Assembly (NCBI RefSeq): GCF_001017655.1
Contig: NZ_CP010904.1
Span: 1,980,001 to 2,012,000 of the forward strand
Length of the DNA: 32,000 nucleotides
Reading direction: 5' to 3'
Source of the DNA: Kiritimatiella glycovorans
Lineage (GTDB): Bacteria > Verrucomicrobiota > Kiritimatiellia > Kiritimatiellales > Kiritimatiellaceae
The notes beneath the pieces are model-generated. The model did no database searches. It was given only the letters and a program-made list of their open reading frames with translations, and had not been told where the DNA came from. Below, piece by piece: positions 1 to 8,352 of this stretch (the stretch's first letter is position 1; every line of letters begins with the position of its first letter). The translations under genes and the position numbers were made by a program.

Positions 1-538
1 TGAACTGGTTGAGCGAGGCGTTCTTGAGGTGGATGGTAACCGGCTTGTTCAGCTGTTTCAGGAGGGGATAGTCCTCTTCGAGGTTTTCGACCTCGTCGCG
101 GTCGACGAAACGACGCATTCCGTAGGTGCCGGGTAGATCCCATCGCTCCCGCGCGTCCTGTGCCAGCGCGCGGGTGGTGGCTTCCTGCTGGGCGTCCAGT
201 TCCTTTTCGCGCTGCGCCTGCAGGGCCTCGAGCACCTCCGCGCGCAGGGTGCGGAGGCCGGGGGTCTCCGGAGCGGTGTAAGATATATCGACGCACCGCA
301 TCAGGGCGCGTCGGTAGCGGCCCTGTTCATAGAGCGCTCTGGCCTGCTCCATCATACCCGCCGCTTCCTCGTGGGTGATCTCGGGACGCGATTCGGCCGC
401 CGAAGCCTCCCGGGAAGCGGAGCCGCCGCCCGTGTGCATACAGCCGGCGGAGAGCGCGGCGGCGAGAACGAGCGTCCATGCGGAAGTGAATATTACAGCC
501 CTGTGTGTGGATTCAGCCCTTTCGTGAAAGGTGCGCAT
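1..538 (-). CDS. Putative lipoprotein, N-terminal part only (continues beyond window start). It has a TPR-like helical segment followed by a segment resembling the short N-domain of secretin-type proteins.
   Basis: Hand-called; absent from the ORF track because it is incomplete. ATG at 536-538 is preceded by GGAGGA with a 7-nt spacer. I checked that the frame has no stop down to position 1. Translation: MRTFHERAESTHRAVIFTSAWTLVLAAALSAGCMHTGGGSAS...EQARALYEQGRYRRAL...DYPLLKQLNKPVTIHLKNASLNQF. It has a hydrophobic h-region followed by a LSAG/C lipobox-like site. Functional assignment is weak. Confidence 0.6.
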   Translation of the reverse strand, partial: MRTFHERAESTHRAVIFTSAWTLVLAAALSAGCMHTGGGSASREASAAESRPEITHEEAAGMMEQARALYEQGRYRRALMRCVDISYTAPETPGLRTLRAEVLEALQAQREKELDAQQEATTRALAQDARERWDLPGTYGMRRFVDRDEVENLEEDYPLLKQLNKPVTIHLKNASLNQF

Positions 539-625
539 CAAGGAATCCTCCCTTTTGGATCTGCGGCCCGAGGTGCATATGGGAGACACCATCGCCGATT
601 TCAGCGATTTTTTCAATACCGGGGT

Positions 626-779
626 CAGCAGTTCTCATTATGGCCGCATTCCGACCGCGGACGGCGTGGCAGCCGTCCCTCCCGAGTCGATATCCGACGC
701 CTTTTCGGGCATTGGGAGGGTCGGGTTCCACCCCGACCGAACCCGACCGAAAAGGGTGAAGCCATAATGAGAATCGCTG
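626..779. mobile_element. MITE-like 154-bp element, or alternatively a compact structured RNA. It has 19-bp imperfect terminal inverted repeats and a flanking direct repeat.
   Basis: Left end 626-644 is CAGCAGTTCTCATTATGGC. The reverse complement of 761-779 is CAGCGATTCTCATTATGGC (17/19 match, inner 13 bp perfect). The direct repeat TACCGGGGT(C) lies immediately outside both ends (617-625/626 and 780-788/789). The interior has perfect helices at 659-665/672-678, 700-708/747-755 and 719-725/732-738. It also has a 2 x 10-nt tandem CCCGACCGAA at 732-751. No coding capacity. Confidence 0.5.
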
Positions 780-807
780 TACCGGGGTCGCGATGAACGG
801 GTGGACG

Positions 808-837
808 AAAAAAGCCCGGGGCTCACGCACCGGGCTT
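808..837 (-). terminator. Rho-independent terminator of the ribosomal gene array, downstream of rplQ
   Basis: On the minus strand: AAGCCCGG (stem), 10-nt loop, CCGGGCTT (stem), then TTTTTT. In plus coordinates the stem is 812-819/830-837 and the A-run is 808-813. It lies 24 nt after the rplQ stop. Confidence 0.85.
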
Positions 838-860
838 AAGGGGAGGACGTGAACCGGACT

Positions 861-1241
861 TCAGCCGGTCTGACCGACGGATTCGGCGGCCTCCACCCAT
901 TCGATGAGGGCCATTTCGGATCCGTCGCTCGAGCGGGCTCCGAGCTTGAGGATCCGGGTATACCCGCCGGAGCGATCGGTGAAGCGGGGAGCAAGCTCAT
1001 CGAAGAGCTGTTTAACGGCATCCTCCTGGTGCAGCTCAGACAGCGCGTGGCGGCGGTGCGCCAGCGTGCCCTTTTTGCCCAGCGTCACCATCTTCTCCGC
1101 CACGGGGCGGAGGGCTTTCGCCTTGGTGAGCGTCGTCCGGATCCTGCCGCGCCGGATAAGGTGACACACCTGGTTGGCGAGCAGCTCGTTGCGGTGCGCC
1201 GAGGAGCGCCCCAGTTTTACATTTCTCTTCCGGTGTCTCAT
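861..1241 (-). CDS. rplQ: 50S ribosomal protein L17 (bL17)
   Basis: 126-aa ORF with ATG start. The N-terminus MRHRKRNVKLGRSSAHRNELLANQ is typical of bL17. It follows rpoA as in the alpha operon. Confidence 0.96.
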   Translation of the reverse strand: MRHRKRNVKLGRSSAHRNELLANQVCHLIRRGRIRTTLTKAKALRPVAEKMVTLGKKGTLAHRRHALSELHQEDAVKQLFDELAPRFTDRSGGYTRILKLGARSSDGSEMALIEWVEAAESVGQTG

Positions 1242-1259
1242 GATCGCGGTCCCCTGTCC

Positions 1260-2270
1260 TTATTCTCCGGCATCCTCGCTTTTATGCTGCAGCAGCTCGG
1301 GATCGAACGACATTCCGAGCGAGAGGCCCATTTCGGCGAGCTTGGCCTTGATCTCGTTGAGGGATTTTTTGCCGAAGTTGCGGTACTTCAGCATCTCCGA
1401 TTCCGTCTTGGTCGCGAGTTCGCCGACCGTGGTGATATTGGCGTTGTTGAGGCAGTTCGCCGCGCGCACGCTCAATTCGATCTCGTTGACGCTGATGTTC
1501 AGTTTGCGCCGCAGTTCCTCGCGCTCCTGATCGACCTGCTTCTCGCTTTCCTCGAACTCGATGAAGTCCTTATCGTAGCTTACGAAGACGTCGAGGTGGT
1601 GGCGCAGGATGGCCGACGCCATGGTCAGCGCCTCATCGGGCGTCACGCGTCCGTCCGTCCAGATCTCCAGCACGAGCTTGTCGTAGTCGGTCCGGCGTCC
1701 GACACGGGTATTTTCGTCCATGTACTTGACCCGGCGCACCGGCGAAAAGAGGGCGTCCATCGGGATCAGGCCGATTTCCTGCTCCTCTTTCTTATTCCAT
1801 TCCGCGGCGCAGTACCCGCGGCCGACGCGGACTTCGAGCTCCGCCTGGAAGTGCCCGTCTTCCGCCAGCGTGGCGATCGTGAAATCGGGGTTGAGCACTT
1901 CGCTCATCCCGTCGGTCTGGATATCGCCTGCCGTCACCGGCCCCGGACCTTTCTTATCGATCCGCAGACGGCGCGTTTCGCGGGTGTAGACTTTAAGCAG
2001 GACCTTTTTGAGGTTCAGGATGATGTCCGTGACATCTTCGAGCACGCCCGGCAGCGAGCAGAACTCGTGGGGCGCGCCCTCGATTTTCACCGAGGTAATG
2101 GCGGCGCCTTCGATCGAGGAGAGCAGCACGCGGCGGAGCGAATTTCCGATCGTGCGCCCGTAGCCGGCTTCAAAAGGTTCGGCATGGAACCGGCCGTAGG
2201 TATCGGTGCAGACCGCTTCGTCGCGGACCACCCGCTTGGGCATTTCAAATCGTGCAAGTCGTACTGGCAT
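1260..2270 (-). CDS. rpoA: DNA-directed RNA polymerase subunit alpha
   Basis: 336 aa. NTD motif GRTIGNSLRRVLLSSIEGAAITSVKIEG. The CTD helix-hairpin-helix ELSVRAANCLNNANITTVGEL is present. Confidence 0.97.
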   Translation of the reverse strand: MPVRLARFEMPKRVVRDEAVCTDTYGRFHAEPFEAGYGRTIGNSLRRVLLSSIEGAAITSVKIEGAPHEFCSLPGVLEDVTDIILNLKKVLLKVYTRETRRLRIDKKGPGPVTAGDIQTDGMSEVLNPDFTIATLAEDGHFQAELEVRVGRGYCAAEWNKKEEQEIGLIPMDALFSPVRRVKYMDENTRVGRRTDYDKLVLEIWTDGRVTPDEALTMASAILRHHLDVFVSYDKDFIEFEESEKQVDQEREELRRKLNISVNEIELSVRAANCLNNANITTVGELATKTESEMLKYRNFGKKSLNEIKAKLAEMGLSLGMSFDPELLQHKSEDAGE

Positions 2271-2333
2271 AATGACGTCCTCCCAGGCCCGGCCGTTACC
2301 CGAACCGTATGGTTTTCGTCCCTTGGTTCTCGT

Positions 2334-2876
2334 TTACACCCGGCGCCGCTTGGGAGGGCGGCATCCGTTGTGGGGCACCCCGGTGGTGTCCTTGATGGCG
2401 GAGATATTGAGTCCGGCGGCCTGCAGGGCGCGGATCGCGGACTCGCGCCCGGCGCCCGGCCCCTGTACTCGGATCTCGACCTCGTTCATTCCCTTTGAGA
2501 TGGCATCGCGGGCGGCCTCACGCGCCACGGTAGTGGCCGCGAACGCCGTGCTCTTGCGCGAACCCTTGAACCCGCACCGGCCGGCGGCGCTCCATGCGAC
2601 CACGTTGCCCCGCTTGTCGGTGATGGACACGATCGTGTTATTGAAGGTGGCCTTGACAAAGGCGACCCCGGACGGAATATGGCGCCCGCCCTTGCCGCGT
2701 CCTTTCGGCTTCGCCGGCGCCGGTTCCTCTTCGCCGAGCAGATCGGCGGCCGTCGCGGACCCGCCGGATGCCTCCTGCTCCGAAGCCTGCGGCTGCGCCT
2801 CGGTCGGCTTCGTGTCGGTGGACTCGGCCTGCGGCTCTTCCGCCTCGGCGGACTGTTTCTTTTCTTCGTCAGCCAT
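2334..2876 (-). CDS. rpsK: 30S ribosomal protein S11 (uS11) with an acidic N-terminal extension of about 50 aa
   Basis: 180 aa with ATG start. Conserved core [22 protein letters not shown]...GSRKST...[13 protein letters not shown]. There is no alternative ATG/GTG/TTG between M1 and the core. Confidence 0.95.
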   Translation of the reverse strand: MADEEKKQSAEAEEPQAESTDTKPTEAQPQASEQEASGGSATAADLLGEEEPAPAKPKGRGKGGRHIPSGVAFVKATFNNTIVSITDKRGNVVAWSAAGRCGFKGSRKSTAFAATTVAREAARDAISKGMNEVEIRVQGPGAGRESAIRALQAAGLNISAIKDTTGVPHNGCRPPKRRRV

Positions 2877-2933
2877 GATGGTCTCTCGCCTCCGGATGGT
2901 TGCTTATCGAGTCAAAAGCGGCGGGGTCTGCGG

Positions 2934-3338
2934 TCAGCGGGTCGCCTGTTTGGCCGCTGCGCGGGCCTCTTTGCCGCGGATGGCGCCGACCGTCTTCTTG
3001 CCGCCCTTGCGGGTGCGTGCGTTGGTTTTGGTGCGCTGCCCGCGCACGGGAAGTCCGCGCCGGTGCCGCAACCCGCGATAGGAGCCGATGGAGATCAGCC
3101 GGCGGATATTCTGCGAGACCTGGCGGCGCAGGTCCCCCTCCACCTGGTACCCGGACTGCAGCACGTTCGAGAGCCGGGTAATTTCTTCGTCCGTCAGTTC
3201 GTCCGCCTTCTTGGCGGGATCGAGTTCGGCCTGGCGGGTCACCTGCCGCGCCATCGTGGGGCCGATGCCGTAAATATAGCACAGCGCGTATTCCAGACGC
3301 TTGCGTCCCGGGATGTCCACTCCGATTACTCGCGGCAT
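2934..3338 (-). CDS. rpsM: 30S ribosomal protein S13 (uS13)
   Basis: I chose the internal ATG at 3338 (GAGGAG upstream) over the 167-aa track ORF, which would overlap rpmJ. The product begins [26 protein letters not shown] (134 aa). Confidence 0.95.
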   Translation of the reverse strand: MPRVIGVDIPGRKRLEYALCYIYGIGPTMARQVTRQAELDPAKKADELTDEEITRLSNVLQSGYQVEGDLRRQVSQNIRRLISIGSYRGLRHRRGLPVRGQRTKTNARTRKGGKKTVGAIRGKEARAAAKQATR

Positions 3339-3354
3339 ACGTTCTGCTCCTCGT

Positions 3355-3468
3355 TCAGCCCTGGCGCTGTTTATGCCGGGGGTTGCTGCAGACGATGCGG
3401 ACCACGCCTTTGCGCCGCACCACCTTGCACTGTTCACACATTCTCTTGACTGAAGGCCGGACTTTCAT
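3355..3468 (-). CDS. rpmJ: 50S ribosomal protein L36 (bL36), zinc-ribbon type
   Basis: Below the ORF-track size cutoff. Hand translation gives [37 protein letters not shown] (37 aa). There is an ATGA overlap with the infA stop. C11, C14, C27 and H32 ligands are present. Confidence 0.93.
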   Translation of the reverse strand: MKVRPSVKRMCEQCKVVRRKGVVRIVCSNPRHKQRQG

Positions 3469-3704
3469 GATTTACGCTCCTCTGCTGAAGCGACGATACA
3501 CCCTTTCGACATATCGTAGGGAGACATCTCCACCGTGACCATGTCTCCGGGCCGCCACTTCCGCGGTCCGCATTCTGTACGCCCGATAAACGCCACGACG
3601 CGATGACCGTTACGCAATTGCGCACGAAAGGCGTTACGGTCTATCACGGCCTGCAGACGCGCGTCCAGTAAAATTGTCTCTTTTTTCTCTTCGGCGCGGC
3701 TCAT
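3465..3704 (-). CDS. infA: Translation initiation factor IF-1 (divergent)
   Basis: 79 aa. S1-fold core [17 protein letters not shown]...[20 protein letters not shown] aligns colinearly with E. coli FRVELENGHVVTAHISGK...GDKVTVELTPYDLSKGRIV. It sits in the conserved position between map and rpmJ. Confidence 0.85.
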   Translation of the reverse strand: MSRAEEKKETILLDARLQAVIDRNAFRAQLRNGHRVVAFIGRTECGPRKWRPGDMVTVEMSPYDMSKGCIVASAEERKS

Positions 3705-4459
3705 CAGAAGTCCGGCACCGGGGTCAGGATCTCGGGTTCGTCGCGGCCCACCGCCACCGTGTACTCGTAGTGCGCGGAGGGGCGGCGGTCACGCGTGACC
3801 ACGGTCCAGTCGTCCTCGAGCACCTGCACCGCGGATCCGCCCATATTGACCATCGGTTCGATGGCCAGGGTCATGCCCGCTTTGAGCCGCGGGCCTTTGC
3901 CCGGCGGACCGAAATTGGGGATCTGCGGTTCTTCGTGCATCTCGCGGCCGATCCCGTGGCCGACGAACTGGCGCACGATTGAAAACCCTTCCTCCTCCGC
4001 GCGCGACTGCACCGCATGGGAGATATCCGAGAGGCGGTTGCCTTCCACGGCCCGGGCCACGCCGGCCTTCAGGGCCTCCCGGGTGGTGCGGCAGAGGCGG
4101 CGCACGTCCGGATCCTCCACCCCCACGGCCACCGTCGTGGCGCAGTCGCCGACGAATCCGTCGAGGACGATGCCGATGTCGATGCTGACGATATCGCCGG
4201 GGTTGATGCGGCGGGCGGCCGGGATCCCGTGGACGACCTCTTCGTTGATTGAGACGCAGAGGTGGGCGGGATAGCCGCGGTATCCGTAGAAGGCGGCGGT
4301 GCCGCCGGTATCGCGGATCATCTCGCGGGCGAGTTCATCGAGTTCGCGGGTGGTGACGCCCGGTGCGACGCGGCCGGCGACGGCCTCCAGCACGCCGGCC
4401 GTGGCGCGGCAGCTGCGCCGCATGGCGTCCAGCTCTGCGGGGGACTTCACGGGAATCAT
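3704..4459 (-). CDS. map: Methionine aminopeptidase, type I
   Basis: 251 aa. Motifs FYGYRGYPAHLCVSINEEVVHGIP, DIVSIDIG and GHGIGREMHE. There is an ATGA overlap with the adk stop. Confidence 0.95.
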   Translation of the reverse strand: MIPVKSPAELDAMRRSCRATAGVLEAVAGRVAPGVTTRELDELAREMIRDTGGTAAFYGYRGYPAHLCVSINEEVVHGIPAARRINPGDIVSIDIGIVLDGFVGDCATTVAVGVEDPDVRRLCRTTREALKAGVARAVEGNRLSDISHAVQSRAEEEGFSIVRQFVGHGIGREMHEEPQIPNFGPPGKGPRLKAGMTLAIEPMVNMGGSAVQVLEDDWTVVTRDRRPSAHYEYTVAVGRDEPEILTPVPDF

Positions 4460-5109
4460 GGGGACGCCCCGAACGCCCGCTGCACCTCTTCAAAGGTTTC
4501 CCCGGCCGTGCCGCCGGCCTCGATCTCGTACAGGATGCCGCGGCTGCGGTAGTAGTCGCGCAGGGGATCGGTCTGTTCGCGGTAGACCTCGAGCCGGTGG
4601 AGAATGGTCTCCCGGCGGTCGTCGTCGCGCTGAATCAGTTCACCGCCGCAGCGATCGCAGACCCCCTCCGTTGAGGGCGGATTATTACGGACGTGGTACA
4701 CCGCTCCGCAGGCGCGGCAGACGCGCCTGCCCTCCAGGCGTTCGACGACTTTTTCCCCGTCGATCTGAAGCAGGAGCACGGCCTGAATGGTACCGTTCAG
4801 TTCGTCCATCAGGCGGTCGAGCCCGCGGCCCTGTTCCACCGTGCGCGGAAAACCGTCGAAGAGATAGGTGGTGTCGGCCGGGTCCGATTCCATCCTCCGG
4901 CGGATGATACGCAGGATCACTGCGTCGGGGACCAGTTCGCCGCGGTCCATATACCGCTTTGCTTCCAGACCCTCCGGCGTCTCGGCGCGCACCGCCTCGC
5001 GGAGCACATCGCCCGTGGCCACATGCTGAAGCTCACGCTCATCCCGGAGCTGCTGGGCCAGCGTGCCCTTGCCTGCCCCCGGGGGACCCAGAAGTATGAT
5101 CGCGTCCAT
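4456..5109 (-). CDS. adk: Adenylate kinase (zinc-binding LID type)
   Basis: 217 aa. P-loop GPPGAGKGT. The LID has CRACG...(16)...CDRCG. Confidence 0.96.
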   Translation of the reverse strand: MDAIILLGPPGAGKGTLAQQLRDERELQHVATGDVLREAVRAETPEGLEAKRYMDRGELVPDAVILRIIRRRMESDPADTTYLFDGFPRTVEQGRGLDRLMDELNGTIQAVLLLQIDGEKVVERLEGRRVCRACGAVYHVRNNPPSTEGVCDRCGGELIQRDDDRRETILHRLEVYREQTDPLRDYYRSRGILYEIEAGGTAGETFEEVQRAFGASP

Positions 5110-5114
5110 CGCCT

Positions 5115-6455
5115 CTACCTCCGCGAGCGGAGTTTGCCTTTCTTCAGGAATCCGTCGTAGTGCCGCATCAGCAGGTGCGACTCGACCTGGCGCATGGTGT
5201 CGAGCATCACGCCGACCATGATCAGCAGGCTGGTGCCGCCGAAGAAGGACGAGATCACGAAGGGAATCCGGAACTGGATCGCCATCACGGTCGGTAGCAC
5301 GGCGATCACGGTAAGGAACAGCGCGCCGGCGAGCGTGATACGGCTCATCGCGTTGTCCAGGTATTCCGCGGTCGGTTTGCCGGGACGTATTCCGGGCACG
5401 TACCCGCCGTACTTCTTCAGGTCATCGGCGATCTGTACCGGATTGAACTGGGTCGCCACCCAGAAGTAGGAGAAGAAGAGGATCATCAGCCCGAACAGCA
5501 CCATGTAGGGCACCGTGCCGAAGCTGATCGCCGCCGCCAGCCGGTTGGTCCACTCGCCGGGCGCCCACTGCAGGATCTTGGCGGGAAACATCAGGATCGC
5601 CTGCGCGAAGATGATCGGCAGCACGCCGGCGTAATTCACGCGCAGCGGCATATAGGTGTTCTGTCCGCCGTACATCTTGCGCCCGACCACGCGCTTGGCG
5701 TACTGGACCGGGATTTTACGCTGGGCCTGGGTGACCGCGACGACGCCCGCGATCACGGCCACCATCATGGCCGCGAAGAAAACGAGATGGAAGAACCCGT
5801 ATTCCCCGGTCTGGAACTTATTGCCCAGCGCATAGATGGCCTGCGGGAGGCGGCTGACGATATTGACCGTGATAATCAGCGAGATCCCGTTGCCGATACC
5901 GCGTTCCGTGATCTGTTCACCGAGCCACATCAGCAGCATCGTCGCCGTGGTCATCGTCACCATCGTCAGCAGGATAAAGCCGACGGGCGAGAAGGAGGCG
6001 CTGACGATCTGGCGGCTGATGCCGATCGCCTGCGGGTTCAGCAGCGTGCGCGCCATCAGGCCGCCCTGGAAGAGGCAGAGGCCGACCGTGGCGTAGCGCG
6101 TGTACTGGGTGATCTTCTGCCGCCCGACCTCGCCCTCGCGGGCCAGCCGTTCGAGCTGGGGCACCACGGCGGTCAGGAGCTGAAAGATGATCGAGGCCGA
6201 GATATAGGGCATGATCCCCAGCGTTCCGACGGCACACCGCTGGAGCGCCCCCCCGCTGAAGAGGTTGTACAGCCCGAAGAAGCTGCCGCCGGACGTCTGC
6301 TGCAGTTCCTGTATGACCCGCTGGAGCGCGCTGGCGTCAACTCCCGGCGTGGGCACGTTGGCAATCAGGCGGCAGATGAAGATGAGGCCCAGCGTAAAAA
6401 GGATGCGCTGCCTCAGCTCCGGAATCTTAAAGCTGTTGGCGAAGGCGGAAAGCAT
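5115..6455 (-). CDS. secY: Preprotein translocase subunit SecY
   Basis: 446-aa multi-TM protein. It starts MLSAFANSFKIPELRQRILFTLGLIFICR. It sits in the conserved position after rplO. Confidence 0.96.
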   Translation of the reverse strand: MLSAFANSFKIPELRQRILFTLGLIFICRLIANVPTPGVDASALQRVIQELQQTSGGSFFGLYNLFSGGALQRCAVGTLGIMPYISASIIFQLLTAVVPQLERLAREGEVGRQKITQYTRYATVGLCLFQGGLMARTLLNPQAIGISRQIVSASFSPVGFILLTMVTMTTATMLLMWLGEQITERGIGNGISLIITVNIVSRLPQAIYALGNKFQTGEYGFFHLVFFAAMMVAVIAGVVAVTQAQRKIPVQYAKRVVGRKMYGGQNTYMPLRVNYAGVLPIIFAQAILMFPAKILQWAPGEWTNRLAAAISFGTVPYMVLFGLMILFFSYFWVATQFNPVQIADDLKKYGGYVPGIRPGKPTAEYLDNAMSRITLAGALFLTVIAVLPTVMAIQFRIPFVISSFFGGTSLLIMVGVMLDTMRQVESHLLMRHYDGFLKKGKLRSRR

Positions 6456-6471
6456 GGGCCGGCCTCAATTC

Positions 6472-6912
6472 TCACTGGATGGTTTCGCACTGACCGCCCG
6501 CCGCTTCAATCTTCTCGCGGGCGGACTTGCTGAAGGCGTGGGCTTCGACGGTGAGTTTCCGGTCGAGGTCCCCCTCGCCCAGTATTTTGACGCCGTCGCA
6601 GTTCCCGTTCACGAGACCGCTCGCTCGCAGCGCCTCCACATCGACCCGACCCTCATCAAAACGGTTCAGGTCGCCGACATTGACCGGGCGTATGACCGGG
6701 GCGGAAGCGTGGTTGAAGCCCCGCTTCGGGATGCGCCGGATCAGCGGCATCTGCCCGCCTTCGAACCCGAGTTTGCGCCCGCTGCCCGAACGCGACATCT
6801 GGCCTTTCTGTCCGCGGCCCGACGTTTTGCCGACACCGGAACCGCGGCCGCGCCCGACGCGTTTGCGACGATGCGTCGATCCCTCGCTGCGTTTCAATTC
6901 GTGCAGATTCAT
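6472..6912 (-). CDS. rplO: 50S ribosomal protein L15 (uL15)
   Basis: 146 aa. The glycine/arginine-rich N-terminus RKRVGRGRGSGVGKTSGRGQKGQ is typical of uL15. Confidence 0.95.
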   Translation of the reverse strand: MNLHELKRSEGSTHRRKRVGRGRGSGVGKTSGRGQKGQMSRSGSGRKLGFEGGQMPLIRRIPKRGFNHASAPVIRPVNVGDLNRFDEGRVDVEALRASGLVNGNCDGVKILGEGDLDRKLTVEAHAFSKSAREKIEAAGGQCETIQ

Positions 6913-6933
6913 CAGAATGTCTCCCGTTCCTCT

Positions 6934-7422
6934 TCAGAGCTGCCGGGCCGCGAGCGCCTCTTCCCGGGTTCTCATTTTCCGGAGCGCGCACAGTGCGGCC
7001 TTGGTCACGTTGAGATGGTTGCTGCTGCCGAGCGACTTCGCGATGACGTCCTTGTAGCCGGCCAGTTCGAGCACCGCGCGTACGGCCCCTCCGGCGATCA
7101 CGCCGGTACCCGGCGAGGCGGGACGGATGAGCACGCGTGCGCCCGTGAATTCCCCGATCTGGTCGTGGGGCACCGTATCGCCGTTCATCGCCACCGGCTC
7201 CATGTCGCGTCGCGCCATTTCGGTGGCCTTGCGGATCGCGTCGGCGACCTCGTTAGCCTTGCCCAGCGCATACCCAACCCGGCCCTTGCGGTCGCCCACG
7301 ACGACGAGGGCGCCGAAGCTGAAGCGGCGTCCGCCCTTGACCACTTTCGACGAGCGGTTGATATTGACCACCCGCTCCTCGAATTCGCTCTTCTGTTCTT
7401 CTCTCTTCTTCGGATTGGCCAC
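6934..7422 (-). CDS. rpsE: 30S ribosomal protein S5 (uS5)
   Basis: GTG at 7420-7422 has AGGAGG 6 nt upstream. The 232-aa track ORF would overlap rplR. The core [27 protein letters not shown] is present (162 aa). Confidence 0.93.
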   Translation of the reverse strand: MANPKKREEQKSEFEERVVNINRSSKVVKGGRRFSFGALVVVGDRKGRVGYALGKANEVADAIRKATEMARRDMEPVAMNGDTVPHDQIGEFTGARVLIRPASPGTGVIAGGAVRAVLELAGYKDVIAKSLGSSNHLNVTKAALCALRKMRTREEALAARQL

Positions 7423-7444
7423 TCGTGCCCTCCTGAGCCTTGAT

Positions 7445-7789
7445 TCAGATATTGAGACCCGCCTCGCGGGCGCCGTCGGCGATCGCCGCCATCCGTTTGC
7501 CGAAACGGAATCCGCCGCGATCGAACACCGCGCCTTTGATCCCCTGTTCCAGTGCGGCTTCCGCGCAGCTCTTGCCGATCTTCCGCGCCGTGTCCGCATC
7601 TTTGCCCCCGTTTCCGGAGGAGTCCGCGGCAAAAAGCGTCGCGGCCCGTTCGTCGTCGATCAGCTGCACGTAGATCGCGCGGTTCGAGATGAACACGCTC
7701 ATACGCGGGCGTTCCGCCGTACCGTGCACTTTCCTGCGGAGGCGGAGATGCCGCCGTTTCCGGTAATCTTTTCTGGTTTTGATCTTCAT
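7445..7789 (-). CDS. rplR: 50S ribosomal protein L18 (uL18)
   Basis: 114 aa. Contains [20 protein letters not shown] and a [25 protein letters not shown]-terminus. Confidence 0.95.
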   Translation of the reverse strand: MKIKTRKDYRKRRHLRLRRKVHGTAERPRMSVFISNRAIYVQLIDDERAATLFAADSSGNGGKDADTARKIGKSCAEAALEQGIKGAVFDRGGFRFGKRMAAIADGAREAGLNI

Positions 7790-7794
7790 CGTCT

Positions 7795-8331
7795 TTACGC
7801 CACCGCTTTGCCTTCCTTGCGCCGGATCCGCTCGCCCTTGTAGCAGATGCCCTTACCCTTATACGGTTCCGCCGGCGCGAAACCCCGGATCCGGGCGGCT
7901 ACCTGGCCGACGATCTGTTTGTCGAGACCGGTGACCTTGACTTCCGTCTGAGAGGGCACTTCCACCGTCGCCCCTTCGGGAATGGTATATTCCACGTCGT
8001 GGGACAGGCCCACGGAGAGCACGAGCGTGTTCCCCTTGAGCTGAGCCCGGTACCCGACGCCTGCGATCACCAGCTCGCGCTGGTAGCCGTTCGTCACACC
8101 CTCGATCATGCCGGCGATCAGGCTGCGCGCCGTGCCGTGCATCGCCCGGCTGCGCTTGTCGTCGTCGCGCCGTGTCACCACGGCCTCGCCGTCCGCAACC
8201 TTCACCGCGACCCGATCCGACAGTTCGAGCGACAGCTCGCCCTTCGGGCCCTTGACCCGCAGGACGGAACCGTCCACGTTCACTTCGACGCCGGACGGCA
8301 CCTTTACCGGTTGTCTGCCGATCCTCGACAT
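7795..8331 (-). CDS. rplF: 50S ribosomal protein L6 (uL6)
   Basis: 178 aa. Starts [17 protein letters not shown]. Position in the spc block is conserved. Confidence 0.95.
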   Translation of the reverse strand: MSRIGRQPVKVPSGVEVNVDGSVLRVKGPKGELSLELSDRVAVKVADGEAVVTRRDDDKRSRAMHGTARSLIAGMIEGVTNGYQRELVIAGVGYRAQLKGNTLVLSVGLSHDVEYTIPEGATVEVPSQTEVKVTGLDKQIVGQVAARIRGFAPAEPYKGKGICYKGERIRRKEGKAVA

Positions 8332-8352
8332 AAATTCGTTCCTCCGTTTCCT

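Noticed and set aside
582-596. The minus-strand GGCGATGGTGTCTCC resembles the 5' GGCGAUGGUGU of fluoride (crcB) riboswitches.
   Set aside because: The downstream parts of the motif are absent: the pseudoknot partner UCGCC, the P2 hairpin and the 3' ...GAUGAnnCCUAC. The local pairing (GGTGT...GCACC) has a different topology. The downstream gene is a lipoprotein, not crcB or a fluoride-related gene.
531-767. A plus-strand 78-aa ORF. Its internal ATG at 579 follows GAGGTG and it has fairly high third-position GC.
   Set aside because: It runs straight through the left inverted repeat and most of the MITE-like element. It would need a promoter inside the lipoprotein gene start. The SD spacing is only 3 nt and the peptide has no recognisable features. 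The high GC3 is expected by chance here. I cannot exclude it completely without expression data.
513-830. Minus-strand ORFs 513-830 (105 aa) and 638-826 (62 aa) in the rplQ-lipoprotein spacer.
   Set aside because: Both would initiate inside the rplQ terminator hairpin. They lack SD sequences and cross the inverted-repeat element. Their stops simply coincide with the AT-rich repeat cores.
2271-2333. The 63-nt rpsK-rpoA spacer, where rpsD sits in E. coli. I checked it for a degraded rpsD remnant or a structured element.
   Set aside because: It is too short for a gene remnant. It has only trivial 4-bp pairings and contains the rpoA SD (GGGAGGA). rpsD located elsewhere is common, for example in Bacillus.
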